32,666 nucleotides of DNA from Candidatus Binatus sp. (GCF_036522015.1 NZ_DATDGQ010000050.1:1-32666), one strand, 5' to 3'. Shown: positions 15,793 through 25,180, numbered from the stretch's first letter. Numbers and translations: made by a program. Notes: generated by a model from the letters alone, not told the origin.

Positions 15793-15879
15793 TGCATTCG
15801 AGCGGCGACGTCCTCTTCCATTGCCGCGGCGCCGGATGTTAACGTCCGCTGACTCTTTCGTCCCGAGACGGTCCAGAAA

Positions 15880-16893
15880 ATGCGCGAGGTCAGTGTCGGT
15901 GAAAACCTCGATCAGTACAAGTTGATCGAGGTGATCGCGCGCAGCGGGATGGCGTCGATCTTCAAGGCCATCGATCAAATCGACGGCAAGACCGTCGCCA
16001 TCAAAGTCCCCTACATGCAGTTCGAGAGCGACGTGATCTTCTACGGCCGCTTTCAGCGCGAAGAGGAAGTTGGACGCCGCCTCGACCATCCCGGCATCGT
16101 CAAGGTCCTCACGCCCAGGAAAAAAAGTCGCATGTACATTGCGATGGAGTACATCGAGGGCGACTCGCTGCGATCAATGATGCGGGAACCCGGATTGCCG
16201 CAGGAAAGGGCGCTGGAACTCGCGCGGCAGTTGGCAGAGACGCTGGTGTACATGCACGGCGAAGGTGTCGTGCATCGCGATTTGAAGCCGGAAAACATCC
16301 TGGTGACGGCTGAAGGCCAGACCAAGATCATGGACTTCGGAATCGCACTCGACGAATCGGCGCGGCGCCTGACCTGGTCCGGGCTGTCGTCGACCATCGG
16401 CACTCCCGACTACATGGCGCCCGAACAGGTCAGCGGCCGGCGCGGCGATGTCCGCACGGACATCTATTCGCTGGGAGTGATTCTCTACGAAATGTTAACC
16501 GGCCACCTGCCGTACTCAGGCCCCAACGTTTACAACGTCATGCGCGCGAAGACCGCGGAAGATCCGCAGCCGCCATCCGCGTTCAAGCCCGATCTCGATC
16601 CGCATCTCGAGGAGATCGTGCTGCACGCGATCGAGCGCAACCCGCGCGACCGCTATGCGAGCGCAGGCCAGATGCTCGTGGACCTGCGCGACCCCGCTCA
16701 GGTCATTCCGCAGAATCGCGCGGAGCGCCTTCATCCGCGCAGCCTCGCGATGCAGAACATGCGCCGCCGGCTTGGTTACGTGCTGTTTTTTACGTCGCTC
16801 ATCGGGGCTTTTTTGTTTTTGATCTGGCTCGCAAACCGTTACCCGGCGGCGAAGGGTCCTCCGCGCCGGTCATATCGAGGGCAGATGAGATGA
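15880..16893 (+). CDS. Hanks-type Ser/Thr protein kinase with a single C-terminal transmembrane anchor
   Basis: Motifs present are VAIKV, HRDLKPENIL, DFGIA, GTPDYMAPE and DIYSLG. The C-terminal helix is LGYVLFFTSLIGAFLFLIWLANRY, followed by a 16-aa tail. Its stop overlaps the next gene's start (ATGA at 16890..16893). Confidence 0.9.
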   Translation: MREVSVGENLDQYKLIEVIARSGMASIFKAIDQIDGKTVAIKVPYMQFESDVIFYGRFQREEEVGRRLDHPGIVKVLTPRKKSRMYIAMEYIEGDSLRSMMREPGLPQERALELARQLAETLVYMHGEGVVHRDLKPENILVTAEGQTKIMDFGIALDESARRLTWSGLSSTIGTPDYMAPEQVSGRRGDVRTDIYSLGVILYEMLTGHLPYSGPNVYNVMRAKTAEDPQPPSAFKPDLDPHLEEIVLHAIERNPRDRYASAGQMLVDLRDPAQVIPQNRAERLHPRSLAMQNMRRRLGYVLFFTSLIGAFLFLIWLANRYPAAKGPPRRSYRGQMR

Positions 16894-18329
16894 TGCCGAG
16901 ACGATCGCAACTCGGATTGGCCGCGGCGATTTTTGCGGCACTGGCGCTGTTCTCGTTTCCGATGCTCGCAAGCGCGCAAACCGCCGCGTCATCGCCGCCG
17001 CTGGACAATTCGCTGAACCTCGCGTGGCTGCTGATCGCCGGTTTCCTCGTGATGTTCATGCAGCTCGGATTCGCGATGGTGGAGACGGGCTTCACGCGTT
17101 CGAAAAACGCGGTCAACACCATGGCGATGAATCTGATCATCTACCCGATCGGCATCATCGGTTTCTGGCTCACCGGTTACGGCTTCATGATGGGCGGCGT
17201 CGCGCACTGGCCGTCGCTCGGGATGGGCGCGATCGGTCATCACGAGTTATCGATCACGATCGGCGCACATTCGTACGGCATTCTCGGATTCAGCAAATTT
17301 GCGCTGCTCAACGTCAGCCGCGATCCCGCCAGCCTCGGCATGTTTCTGTTCTCGCTGGTGTTCATGGACACCGCCGCGACCATTCCGACCGGCGCGATGG
17401 CTGAACGGTGGAGGTTCAAAGCGTTCTTCATCTACGGACTGTTCATGTCGATGTTCCTGTACCCGCTGTACGGCAACTGGGTGTGGGGCGGAGGTTGGCT
17501 CTCGCAACTCGGCGTCAACCTGGGACTCGGCCACGGCCATCTGGATTTCGCCGGATCGTCGGTCGTGCACATGACCGGCGGAGTGACCGCGCTCGCCGGC
17601 GCGTACATGGTGGGTCCGCGCATTGGAAAATTCCGGCGCGACGGCGCGATCGGCGCGCTGCCGGGACACAACCTGCCGATGGCAGTCAGCGGAACTTTGA
17701 TCCTCGCGTTCGGATGGTTCGGCTTCAACTGCGGCTCAACGCTCGCTGCGTCCGATCCGCGAATCGCGATCATCGCGGTGAACACGATGCTCTCATCGGC
17801 GGCCGGCGCGCTCGCGTCACTGCTCTACCTGTGGCATCGCTACAACAAGCCCGACATCGCGATGGCCAGTAACGGGCTGCTGGGCGGACTCGTCGCGATC
17901 ACAGCGCCGTGTGCGTTTGTAACGCCTGCGGCGGCGGTCTTGATCGGCACAGTAGCGGGTCTGCTGGTCGTGTGGGCGGTGCTGGAACTCGAGCGCCGCT
18001 ATCGAATCGACGATCCGGTCGGCGCGATCGCCGTCCACGGGGTGTGCGGAATATGGGGCGCGCTCGCGCTCGGCCTGCTCGCCGACGGCACCTACGGCGA
18101 TGGATGGAACGGCGTCGCAGGACCGGTGACCGGCTTGCTCTACGGCGACGTGGGCCAATTTTTCGCGCAACTGATCGGTGTTTCTGTGAACATCGTGGTG
18201 GTCTTCGGTCTGTCGATGCTGTTCTTCAAAATCGTCGAGCGCACGATCGGCAATCGCGTGCTGGTGGAAGTGGAATGGTCGGGGCTCGATGCGTTAGAGA
18301 TGGGAAGCGACGCTTACCCGCATTCGTAG
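16890..18329 (+). CDS. amt: ammonium transporter (Amt/MEP/Rh family), paralogue 2, with a cleavable signal peptide
   Basis: The signal peptide is MMPRRSQLGLAAAIFAALALFSFPMLASA-Q. Hallmarks are AGFLVMFMQLGFAMVETGFTRSKNAVNT, DFAGSSVVHMTGG, FGWFGFNCGS and AVHGVCGIWGALALGLLA. The C-terminal region is VEVEWSGLDALEMGSDAYP. Confidence 0.92.
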   Translation: MMPRRSQLGLAAAIFAALALFSFPMLASAQTAASSPPLDNSLNLAWLLIAGFLVMFMQLGFAMVETGFTRSKNAVNTMAMNLIIYPIGIIGFWLTGYGFMMGGVAHWPSLGMGAIGHHELSITIGAHSYGILGFSKFALLNVSRDPASLGMFLFSLVFMDTAATIPTGAMAERWRFKAFFIYGLFMSMFLYPLYGNWVWGGGWLSQLGVNLGLGHGHLDFAGSSVVHMTGGVTALAGAYMVGPRIGKFRRDGAIGALPGHNLPMAVSGTLILAFGWFGFNCGSTLAASDPRIAIIAVNTMLSSAAGALASLLYLWHRYNKPDIAMASNGLLGGLVAITAPCAFVTPAAAVLIGTVAGLLVVWAVLELERRYRIDDPVGAIAVHGVCGIWGALALGLLADGTYGDGWNGVAGPVTGLLYGDVGQFFAQLIGVSVNIVVVFGLSMLFFKIVERTIGNRVLVEVEWSGLDALEMGSDAYPHS

Positions 18330-18452
18330 AACACGTCTGCGGTTAGGCGCAAACGGCGCATCGCCTGAGCGATCGGGGCTCCAGCCTCATATCGCAATAT
18401 AGGTAAGCGGGTGATCATGCTTCCGACCTGCATTTCGTCGGCGCGCGCCTTG

Positions 18453-18481
18453 TTGACCTGAACAAACCAATGTTTTATTAT
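18453..18481 (+). promoter_or_regulatory. sigma-70-type promoter candidate P1 (TTGACC-N17-TATTAT)
   Basis: The -35 hexamer is at 18453..18458 and the -10 hexamer at 18476..18481. It lies in the only AT-rich island of this region. Confidence 0.5.
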
Positions 18482-18500
18482 ATAGCCACCTTATAAACAC

Positions 18501-18529
18501 TTGACACAATTTTGCTTTCCTTCTATCTT
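18501..18529 (+). promoter_or_regulatory. sigma-70-type promoter candidate P2 (TTGACA-N17-TATCTT)
   Basis: The -35 hexamer is at 18501..18506 (a perfect match) and the -10 hexamer at 18524..18529. It lies 27 nt upstream of ATG 18556. Confidence 0.5.
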
Positions 18530-18555
18530 TATCGCCACTCGACGAGGATAACCTT

Positions 18556-19119
18556 ATGAAATTCGGCGGAGATTCTCCCGAACTCGACGCTATTGACCTG
18601 CAGATTATCGCCCTGCTGCAGGAACACGGCAGGATTCCGCTCGTCAAACTTGGAGAGCAAGTCGGGCTTTCGGCGCCTTCGATCAACGAGCGCGTCAAGA
18701 AACTGGAAGACGGCGGCGTCATCATCGGCTATCACGCCACCGTTGACGCGACGCGCCTCGGCAAGGACGTCACTGCATTTATCGGCGTGTCGATCGCGCA
18801 TCCGAAAACCATATCGCTGTTCGAGGAATCCGTCGCGTTGCTCGACGACGTTCTCGAATGTCATCACGTCACCGGCCAGCACACGCTCATGATGAAAGTC
18901 AAAACCGAGAACACTTCGTCGCTCGAGCGGCTCATCAGTGCGATCCGCTCGATCGAGGGAGTGGCGCGGACGGAGACGATGGTAGTGCTGTCGACGCATA
19001 CCGAGCGCGGATTGATTTCGCCGCACACCAATGGCGACTCGAGCGAGCCGACCAACGGCCGGCGCCATCGTCATGCCTCCGCGAAATCTGCGCCCCCGGA
19101 TCCAAGGCGAGTGTCATGA
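18556..19119 (+). CDS. Lrp/AsnC-family transcriptional regulator with a ~35-aa basic/low-complexity C-terminal tail
   Basis: The HTH_AsnC region is [47 protein letters not shown], followed by a RAM/AsnC_trans_reg domain (VTAFIGV...[13 protein letters not shown]...[10 protein letters not shown]). GAGGA lies 9 nt upstream. Its stop overlaps the gltB start (ATGA at 19116..19119). Confidence 0.9.
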   Translation: MKFGGDSPELDAIDLQIIALLQEHGRIPLVKLGEQVGLSAPSINERVKKLEDGGVIIGYHATVDATRLGKDVTAFIGVSIAHPKTISLFEESVALLDDVLECHHVTGQHTLMMKVKTENTSSLERLISAIRSIEGVARTETMVVLSTHTERGLISPHTNGDSSEPTNGRRHRHASAKSAPPDPRRVS

Positions 19120-22100
19120 TGCATAACTACCGAAGCATGCCGAAAAAGCAGGGCCTCTACGATCCCGCGCATGAGCACGACGCGTGCGGCGTCGGCTTCG
19201 TCGTCAATATCAAGGGCGAGCGCTCGCACGACATTGTGGCCAAGGGCCTGCAGGTGCTCGACAACCTGACGCATCGCGGCGCTTGCGGATGCGATCCGCG
19301 CACGGGCGATGGCGCTGGAATCCTGTCGCAGATTCCGCACGAGTTTTTCGCGAACGAAGCGACGCGGCTGGGATTCAAACTGCCCGCGGCCGGCGAATAC
19401 GGTGTCGGCCAGGTTTTTTTTCCAGTGGACGCGGTGAAGCGGAAGGAGTGCGAGGACGCATTCGAGAGAATCGTGAATGAGGAAGGGCAGCGGCTGCTCG
19501 GGTGGCGCGACGTGCCGGTGGTGGAATCCGCGTGCGGCGATATCGCGCGCCGTGGGATGCCGGCGATCCGGCAAGTCTTCATCGCGTTCAGTCCGGAAGT
19601 GAAGGGCGTCGAGGCGATCGAGCGCAAGCTGTACGTGATTCGCAAGCGCGCTATGACCGAAGCGGAGAGACTCGGCCTCTTCGATCCCGAACTATTTTAT
19701 TTCTGCAGCCTCTCGGCACTGACCGTCGTTTATAAGGGTCAATTGATCTCGACGCAGCTACCGCAGTTCTTCCCCGATTTACTCAACGACGCGTTCAAGT
19801 CTGCGCTCGCGATGGTGCATCAGCGCTTCTCCACCAACACTTTCCCGAGCTGGGACCGCGCGCATCCGTACCGCTTCATGTCGCACAACGGCGAGATCAA
19901 CACGCTGCGCGGCAATATCAACTGGATGGTCGCGCGCGAGAAACTCTTCTCGTCGCCGCTGTTCGGCGACGACATCAAGAAGCTGCTGCCCATAGTCGAG
20001 CCCAACGGCAGCGACTCGGCGACCTTCGACAACTGCCTCGAGCTGCTGATTCGCACCGGCCGTTCGATCCCGCACGCCGTGATGATGATGATTCCGGAAG
20101 CGTGGCAGAACGATCGGCAGATGAGCGACAGCAAGCGCGCATTCTACGATTTTCATTCGTGCATGATGGAGCCGTGGGACGGCCCCGCGTCGATCGCGTT
20201 CACCGACGGAATCAGAATCGGCGCGGTGCTCGATCGCAACGGCCTGCGTCCATCGCGCTATACAGTGACCAAGGACGGGCTGGTCGTGATGGCGTCGGAA
20301 ACCGGAGTGCTCGACATCGCGCCGGAAAACGTCGCGCACAAAGGGCGCCTGCAGCCGGGCAGAATGTTTCTCATCGATACCGCGCTCGGCAGAATCGTGC
20401 AGGACGAAGAGATCAAGGAGTCGATGGCGGCGCGGCAGCCGTATCGCGAATGGCTGGACAGCAGCCTCGTCACACTCGAGTCGCTTCCCGAGGCAAGTGG
20501 CGCCCCCGCGGTTGACTACTTCGAGGGCGACGAGTTGCTCAAGCAACAGCAGTCGTTCGGCTATACGATCGAGGATCTCAAAATGATTCTCGCGCCGATG
20601 GCGACGAACGGGCAGGAGCCGGTTGGCTCGATGGGTACCGACACTCCGCTCGCGGTGCTCTCGAACAAACCTCAGCCACTCTACAACTACTTCAAGCAGT
20701 TGTTCGCGCAGGTGACGAATCCGCCGATCGATCCGATTCGCGAGGAGCTGGTGACCTCGACCGAGACGACGATTGGGGCCGAAGATAATCTGTTCGAGGA
20801 ATCGGCGCGTCATTGCCGTCAGCTCCAACTCAAGCAGCCGATTCTCACCAACGAAGAACTCGAAAGGATCAAACGGCTGGACATCGAGGGCCTGCGTACC
20901 GTCACGCTGCCGACGCTGTACCGCGTGGCGGACGGTGAAGCCGGACTTCGCGCTGCGCTCGACACCCTTTGCAGAAGGGCCTCCGACGCGATCGAATCCG
21001 GCTACACGATAATCGTGCTGTCGGATCGTGGCGTGAACGCGGACCAGGCCGCGATCCCCGCTCTGCTCGCGACGGGCGCCGTGCATCATCATCTGATTCG
21101 CGAAGGCACTCGCACGCGCGCCGGGATCGTCGTCGAGTCGGGAGAACCGCGCGAGGCGATGCATTTTTGTCTCCTGGTCGGTTACGGCGCAGGCGCCGTG
21201 AACCCGTACCTCGCGTACGCGACGATGGCCGGGATGATTCGCGACGGCCAGCTCCGCGACATCGACGAAGACACCGCGGTTCACAACTTCGTCAAAGCCG
21301 TTGGCAAGAGCATCACGAAAGTCGCGTCGAAGATGGGGATCTCGACGACGCAGAGCTATCGCGGCGCGCAGATTTTCGAGGCGATCGGATTGGCCGAAGA
21401 CGTGATCGACAAGTACTTCACCTGGACGCCGTCGCGAGTGGCCGGCGTCGGCCTCGACGCGATCGCGCGCGAGACCGCAGAGCGTCACACCTACGCGTTC
21501 AAGGTGGCGGTGAATCTCGACGGCGATCTCGACGTGGGCGGTCAGTACCAGTGGCGCCGCGCCGGCGAGTTCCACATGTACAACCCGAACACGATCGCGC
21601 GTTTGCAGCATTCAGTGCGCTCGGGAAATTTCCGGCTGTTCAAGGAATACACAAAGGCTGTTGACGAGCAGAGTCGGTCGCTCGCCACGCTCCGCTCGTT
21701 GCTCAAATTCAATTCCAGCCGGCCCCCTGTGCCGCTCGAGCAAGTCGAGCCCGCCAGCGAGATCGTCAAGCGCTTCAAAACCGGCGCGATGTCGTTCGGA
21801 TCGATCGGCAAGGAGGCGCACGAAAATCTCGCCATCGCGATGAACCGCATCGGCGGCAAGAGCAACACCGGCGAAGGCGGCGAGGATCCCGCGCGATTCG
21901 TGCGCGATGCCAACGGCGACTTCCGCCGCAGCGCGATCAAGCAGGTCGCGTCGGCGCGCTTCGGCGTCACCAGTCATTACCTGGTCAACGCCGACGAACT
22001 GCAGATCAAGATGGCGCAAGGCGCGAAACCGGGAGAGGGCGGCCAGCTTCCCGGCCACAAGGTTGACGACTTCATTGCGAAGATTCGCTACTCGACACCG

Positions 22101-23675
22101 GGCGTGGGATTGATCTCTCCGCCGCCGCATCACGACATCTATTCGATCGAAGATCTCGCGCAGCTCATTCACGATCTGAAAAATTCCAACAATCGCGCGC
22201 GCATCAGCGTCAAGCTGGTCGCCGAGGTCGGCGTCGGCACGATCGCCGCCGGAGTGGCGAAAGCCAAAGCGGACGTCGTGCTGATCAGCGGTTACGACGG
22301 CGGCACCGGCGCATCGCCGCTACAATCGATCAAGCACGCGGGAATTCCGTGGGAGCTTGGACTGGCCGAGACGCAGCAAACCCTCGTGATGAACGGCCTG
22401 CGCGGACGAATCCACGTCGAGACCGATGGCCAGCTCAAGACCGGCCGTGACGTCGCGGTCGCCGCGCTCCTCGGCGCCGAGGAATTCGGTTTCGCGAGCG
22501 CCGCGCTCGTCGCCTCGGGATGCATCATGATGCGCGTCTGCCATCTCAACACTTGCCCTGTCGGCATCGCCACGCAGGATCCAGTGCTGCGCGAGAAGTT
22601 CTCGGGCAAACCCGAGCACGTCGTGAATTTCATGATGTTCATCGCGGACGAACTGCGCGAATACATGGCGCAGTTGGGCTTCCGCACGCTTGCTGAAATG
22701 GTCGGCCACGTCGAATGCCTCGATGCCAACGAAGCGATAGCTCATTGGAAAGCGCGCAACGTCGATCTGGCCAATATTCTTCGACGTCCCGACGTCGGCC
22801 CGGACGAGCCGCTGCATTGTATAGAGCTACAGGATCACGGCCTCGACAAGGCGCTCGACAACCAGATCATTGAGCTCGCAAAGGATGCGCTCGAGCATCG
22901 CAAACCGGTCGAAATTCATCTGCCCATCCGCAACGTGAACCGAACCGTCAGCACGATGCTGTCGGCGGAGGTGTCGCGGCGCTTTGGCGCGGAGGGATTG
23001 CCGCCATACACGGTTCAAATTCATCTGAACGGCTCGGCGGGTCAGAGTTTCGGCGCGTGGCTCGCGCCGGGAATCGCGCTCCATCTCGAGGGCGATGCGA
23101 ACGACTACTGCGGAAAGGGGCTGTCGGGTGGTTTCATATCAGTGCGCCCGCCAAAGGAAGCGACGTTCAAGGCCGAGGACAACATCATTATCGGCAACGT
23201 CGCGCTGTACGGCGCGACCGGCGGCGAAGCGTTCTTTCGCGGCGTCGCCGGCGAGCGATTCGCGGTGCGCAACAGCGGTGCGCATGCCGTCGTCGAGGGC
23301 GTCGGCGACCATGGATGCGAATACATGACGCGCGGGTTGGTCGTGGTGCTCGGCAAGACCGGCCGCAACTTCGCGGCCGGGATGAGCGGGGGAGTTGCCT
23401 ACGTGCTCGACGAAGACGGCTCGTTCGCCTCGCGTTGCAATCCTGGGATGGTCGAGTTGGGTCCAATCGACAGCCAGGACGAACTCAAGCAGTTGCACGC
23501 GCTGATAGTGCGGCATGGGCAGTACACCCAGAGCGAGGTCGCGCGGCGAATCCTCGACAAATGGGACGAGTACACGAGGAAATTTGTGAGAGTATTGCCG
23601 ACTGAATATCGGATGGTGCTCGAACGGCAGCACCTCAACATGGATTCCGACCTCGCGCGGTTGGCCGCGGTTTAG
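19116..23675 (+). CDS. gltB: glutamate synthase (GOGAT) large subunit
   Basis: This is the in-frame 1519-aa part of ORF 18858..23675. The N-terminus is [28 protein letters not shown], with Ntn-amidotransferase Cys1 after a propeptide. The FMN/Fe-S central domain ([37 protein letters not shown]) and the C-terminal GXGXG beta-helix domain are both present. Confidence 0.97.
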   Translation: MMHNYRSMPKKQGLYDPAHEHDACGVGFVVNIKGERSHDIVAKGLQVLDNLTHRGACGCDPRTGDGAGILSQIPHEFFANEATRLGFKLPAAGEYGVGQVFFPVDAVKRKECEDAFERIVNEEGQRLLGWRDVPVVESACGDIARRGMPAIRQVFIAFSPEVKGVEAIERKLYVIRKRAMTEAERLGLFDPELFYFCSLSALTVVYKGQLISTQLPQFFPDLLNDAFKSALAMVHQRFSTNTFPSWDRAHPYRFMSHNGEINTLRGNINWMVAREKLFSSPLFGDDIKKLLPIVEPNGSDSATFDNCLELLIRTGRSIPHAVMMMIPEAWQNDRQMSDSKRAFYDFHSCMMEPWDGPASIAFTDGIRIGAVLDRNGLRPSRYTVTKDGLVVMASETGVLDIAPENVAHKGRLQPGRMFLIDTALGRIVQDEEIKESMAARQPYREWLDSSLVTLESLPEASGAPAVDYFEGDELLKQQQSFGYTIEDLKMILAPMATNGQEPVGSMGTDTPLAVLSNKPQPLYNYFKQLFAQVTNPPIDPIREELVTSTETTIGAEDNLFEESARHCRQLQLKQPILTNEELERIKRLDIEGLRTVTLPTLYRVADGEAGLRAALDTLCRRASDAIESGYTIIVLSDRGVNADQAAIPALLATGAVHHHLIREGTRTRAGIVVESGEPREAMHFCLLVGYGAGAVNPYLAYATMAGMIRDGQLRDIDEDTAVHNFVKAVGKSITKVASKMGISTTQSYRGAQIFEAIGLAEDVIDKYFTWTPSRVAGVGLDAIARETAERHTYAFKVAVNLDGDLDVGGQYQWRRAGEFHMYNPNTIARLQHSVRSGNFRLFKEYTKAVDEQSRSLATLRSLLKFNSSRPPVPLEQVEPASEIVKRFKTGAMSFGSIGKEAHENLAIAMNRIGGKSNTGEGGEDPARFVRDANGDFRRSAIKQVASARFGVTSHYLVNADELQIKMAQGAKPGEGGQLPGHKVDDFIAKIRYSTPGVGLISPPPHHDIYSIEDLAQLIHDLKNSNNRARISVKLVAEVGVGTIAAGVAKAKADVVLISGYDGGTGASPLQSIKHAGIPWELGLAETQQTLVMNGLRGRIHVETDGQLKTGRDVAVAALLGAEEFGFASAALVASGCIMMRVCHLNTCPVGIATQDPVLREKFSGKPEHVVNFMMFIADELREYMAQLGFRTLAEMVGHVECLDANEAIAHWKARNVDLANILRRPDVGPDEPLHCIELQDHGLDKALDNQIIELAKDALEHRKPVEIHLPIRNVNRTVSTMLSAEVSRRFGAEGLPPYTVQIHLNGSAGQSFGAWLAPGIALHLEGDANDYCGKGLSGGFISVRPPKEATFKAEDNIIIGNVALYGATGGEAFFRGVAGERFAVRNSGAHAVVEGVGDHGCEYMTRGLVVVLGKTGRNFAAGMSGGVAYVLDEDGSFASRCNPGMVELGPIDSQDELKQLHALIVRHGQYTQSEVARRILDKWDEYTRKFVRVLPTEYRMVLERQHLNMDSDLARLAAV

Positions 23676-23734
23676 CCGAGTGAGTAATCGACTGACTAAT
23701 CAAGACTGACCTGAATCGGGAGAGCACGGCTTCG

Positions 23735-25180
23735 ATGGGCAAGATCACGGGCTTCATGGAGATTAAGCGCGAGATTCCTTCGCGGCGTCCGGTCGGCGAA
23801 CGCCTGAAGGACTGGCGCGAGTTCGATCTCAAGATGCCCGAGGACAAGTTGCGCGCCCAGGGTGCCCGGTGCATGGATTGCGGAATCCCCTTCTGCCACA
23901 AGGGATGCCCGCTCGGCAACATCATTCCCGACTGGAACGATCTCATCTACCGCGGCAGGTGGCGCGAGGCGATCGACCGTCTGCACGCGACCAACAATTT
24001 TCCGGAATTCACCGGCAGGATTTGTCCCGCCCCATGTGAAGAAGCCTGCGTCCTCAACATCAACAACGATCCCGTCACGATCAAACTGATCGAGAAAAAC
24101 ATTATCGATCATGCGTGGGCGGAAAAATGGATCAAGCCGCTGCCGCCCGCGCGCAAATCGGGCAAACGCGTCGCGGTCGTCGGCTCGGGACCGGCAGGCC
24201 TGGCCTGCGCGCAGCAACTCACCCGCGCCGGACATTCGGTGACGCTTTACGAGCGGTCGGATCGTGTCGGCGGATTGCTCACTTACGGAATTCCGGACTT
24301 CAAGCTGGAAAAGTGGATCGTGAATCGGCGCGTCGAGCAGATGAAGGCCGAGGGGCTCGAAATTGTCACCAACTGCCGCGTCGGAATCGATATCCATGCC
24401 GACGAAATGCGCTCGAAGTACGACGCAATCGCGCTCACAATGGGCGCGACCAAACCGCGCGACCTGCAGATTCCCGGACGCGAGCTCAAGGGAATCCATT
24501 TCGCGATGGATTTCCTGCCACAGCAGAACAAGCGCAACTTCGGCGACGCACTCGAGCCGGCCTCCGAGATCACCGCGAACGGAAAGCGCGTCGTAATACT
24601 CGGCGGCGGCGATACAGGCTCAGATTGCCTCGGCACGTCGAATCGCCAGGGCGCAATTGTCGTGCATCAGTTCGAATTGCTTCCGATGCCGCCGGAGAAA
24701 CGCACCGATGACATGCCGTGGCCCGACTGGCCGATGATCATGCGCACCTCGAGCTCGCACGAAGAGGGTGTGCAGCGCGACTGGAGCGTGAACACGAGCA
24801 GGTTCTCCGGCGAAAACGGCGCGGTGAAAAAGCTTCACGGCGTGCGCCTCAACTGGAAGCCGGACAACGGCCGCATGGTGATGGAACAAATTCAGGGCAC
24901 CGATTTCGAAATCGAGTGCGACCTCGTGCTGCTCGCGCTTGGATTTCTCGGCCCCGAGCCCGACGGCATAATCTCGGAGCTCGGACTCAAGCTCGATCCG
25001 CGGAGCAACGTGCAGTGTGAGAACTACATGTCGAGCGTGCCAGGAGTTTTCGCGGCCGGGGACACGCGTCGCGGACAATCGCTGGTGGTGTGGGCGATAT
25101 GGGAGGGACGCGAAGCCGCGCGCGCGGTCGACGCCTATCTGATGGGCGAGACGTTCCTGCCTTCGAGTCCCGAACTCTGA
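23735..25180 (+). CDS. gltD: glutamate synthase small subunit (NAD(P)H-dependent)
   Basis: It opens MGKITGFMEIKRE and carries the Fe-S cysteine clusters CMDCGIPFCH...GCPLGN and CPAPCEEAC. The dinucleotide folds are VAVVGSGPAGLACA and VVILGGGDTGSDC. GGGAGAG lies about 10 nt upstream. Confidence 0.95.
   Translation: MGKITGFMEIKREIPSRRPVGERLKDWREFDLKMPEDKLRAQGARCMDCGIPFCHKGCPLGNIIPDWNDLIYRGRWREAIDRLHATNNFPEFTGRICPAPCEEACVLNINNDPVTIKLIEKNIIDHAWAEKWIKPLPPARKSGKRVAVVGSGPAGLACAQQLTRAGHSVTLYERSDRVGGLLTYGIPDFKLEKWIVNRRVEQMKAEGLEIVTNCRVGIDIHADEMRSKYDAIALTMGATKPRDLQIPGRELKGIHFAMDFLPQQNKRNFGDALEPASEITANGKRVVILGGGDTGSDCLGTSNRQGAIVVHQFELLPMPPEKRTDDMPWPDWPMIMRTSSSHEEGVQRDWSVNTSRFSGENGAVKKLHGVRLNWKPDNGRMVMEQIQGTDFEIECDLVLLALGFLGPEPDGIISELGLKLDPRSNVQCENYMSSVPGVFAAGDTRRGQSLVVWAIWEGREAARAVDAYLMGETFLPSSPEL

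Noticed and set aside
11255-18329. Search for a glnK/glnB (PII) gene next to either amt
   Set aside because: No ORF of about 112 aa with a PII-like N-terminus (MK.I.AII.P..) exists in any frame in the spacers 12812..13173, 14845..14964 or 18330..18555. The absence itself is reported as a finding.
18387-18725. 112-aa minus-strand ORF spanning the AT-rich island and the lrp start
   Set aside because: It crosses the promoter-like AT-rich region and runs antisense to a well-supported Lrp gene. It is Ser/Arg-rich with no motif.
18858-19115. Upstream in-frame extension of gltB ([14 protein letters not shown]...)
   Set aside because: It overlaps the Lrp/AsnC gene in another frame. GltB N-termini begin shortly before the catalytic Cys (…HDACGVGF), which fits ATG 19116.
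19779-21611. 610-aa ORF on the minus strand inside gltB
   Set aside because: It is an antisense shadow of a highly conserved gene with an Arg-rich, low-complexity translation ([13 protein letters not shown]...). I saw no start context or motif.
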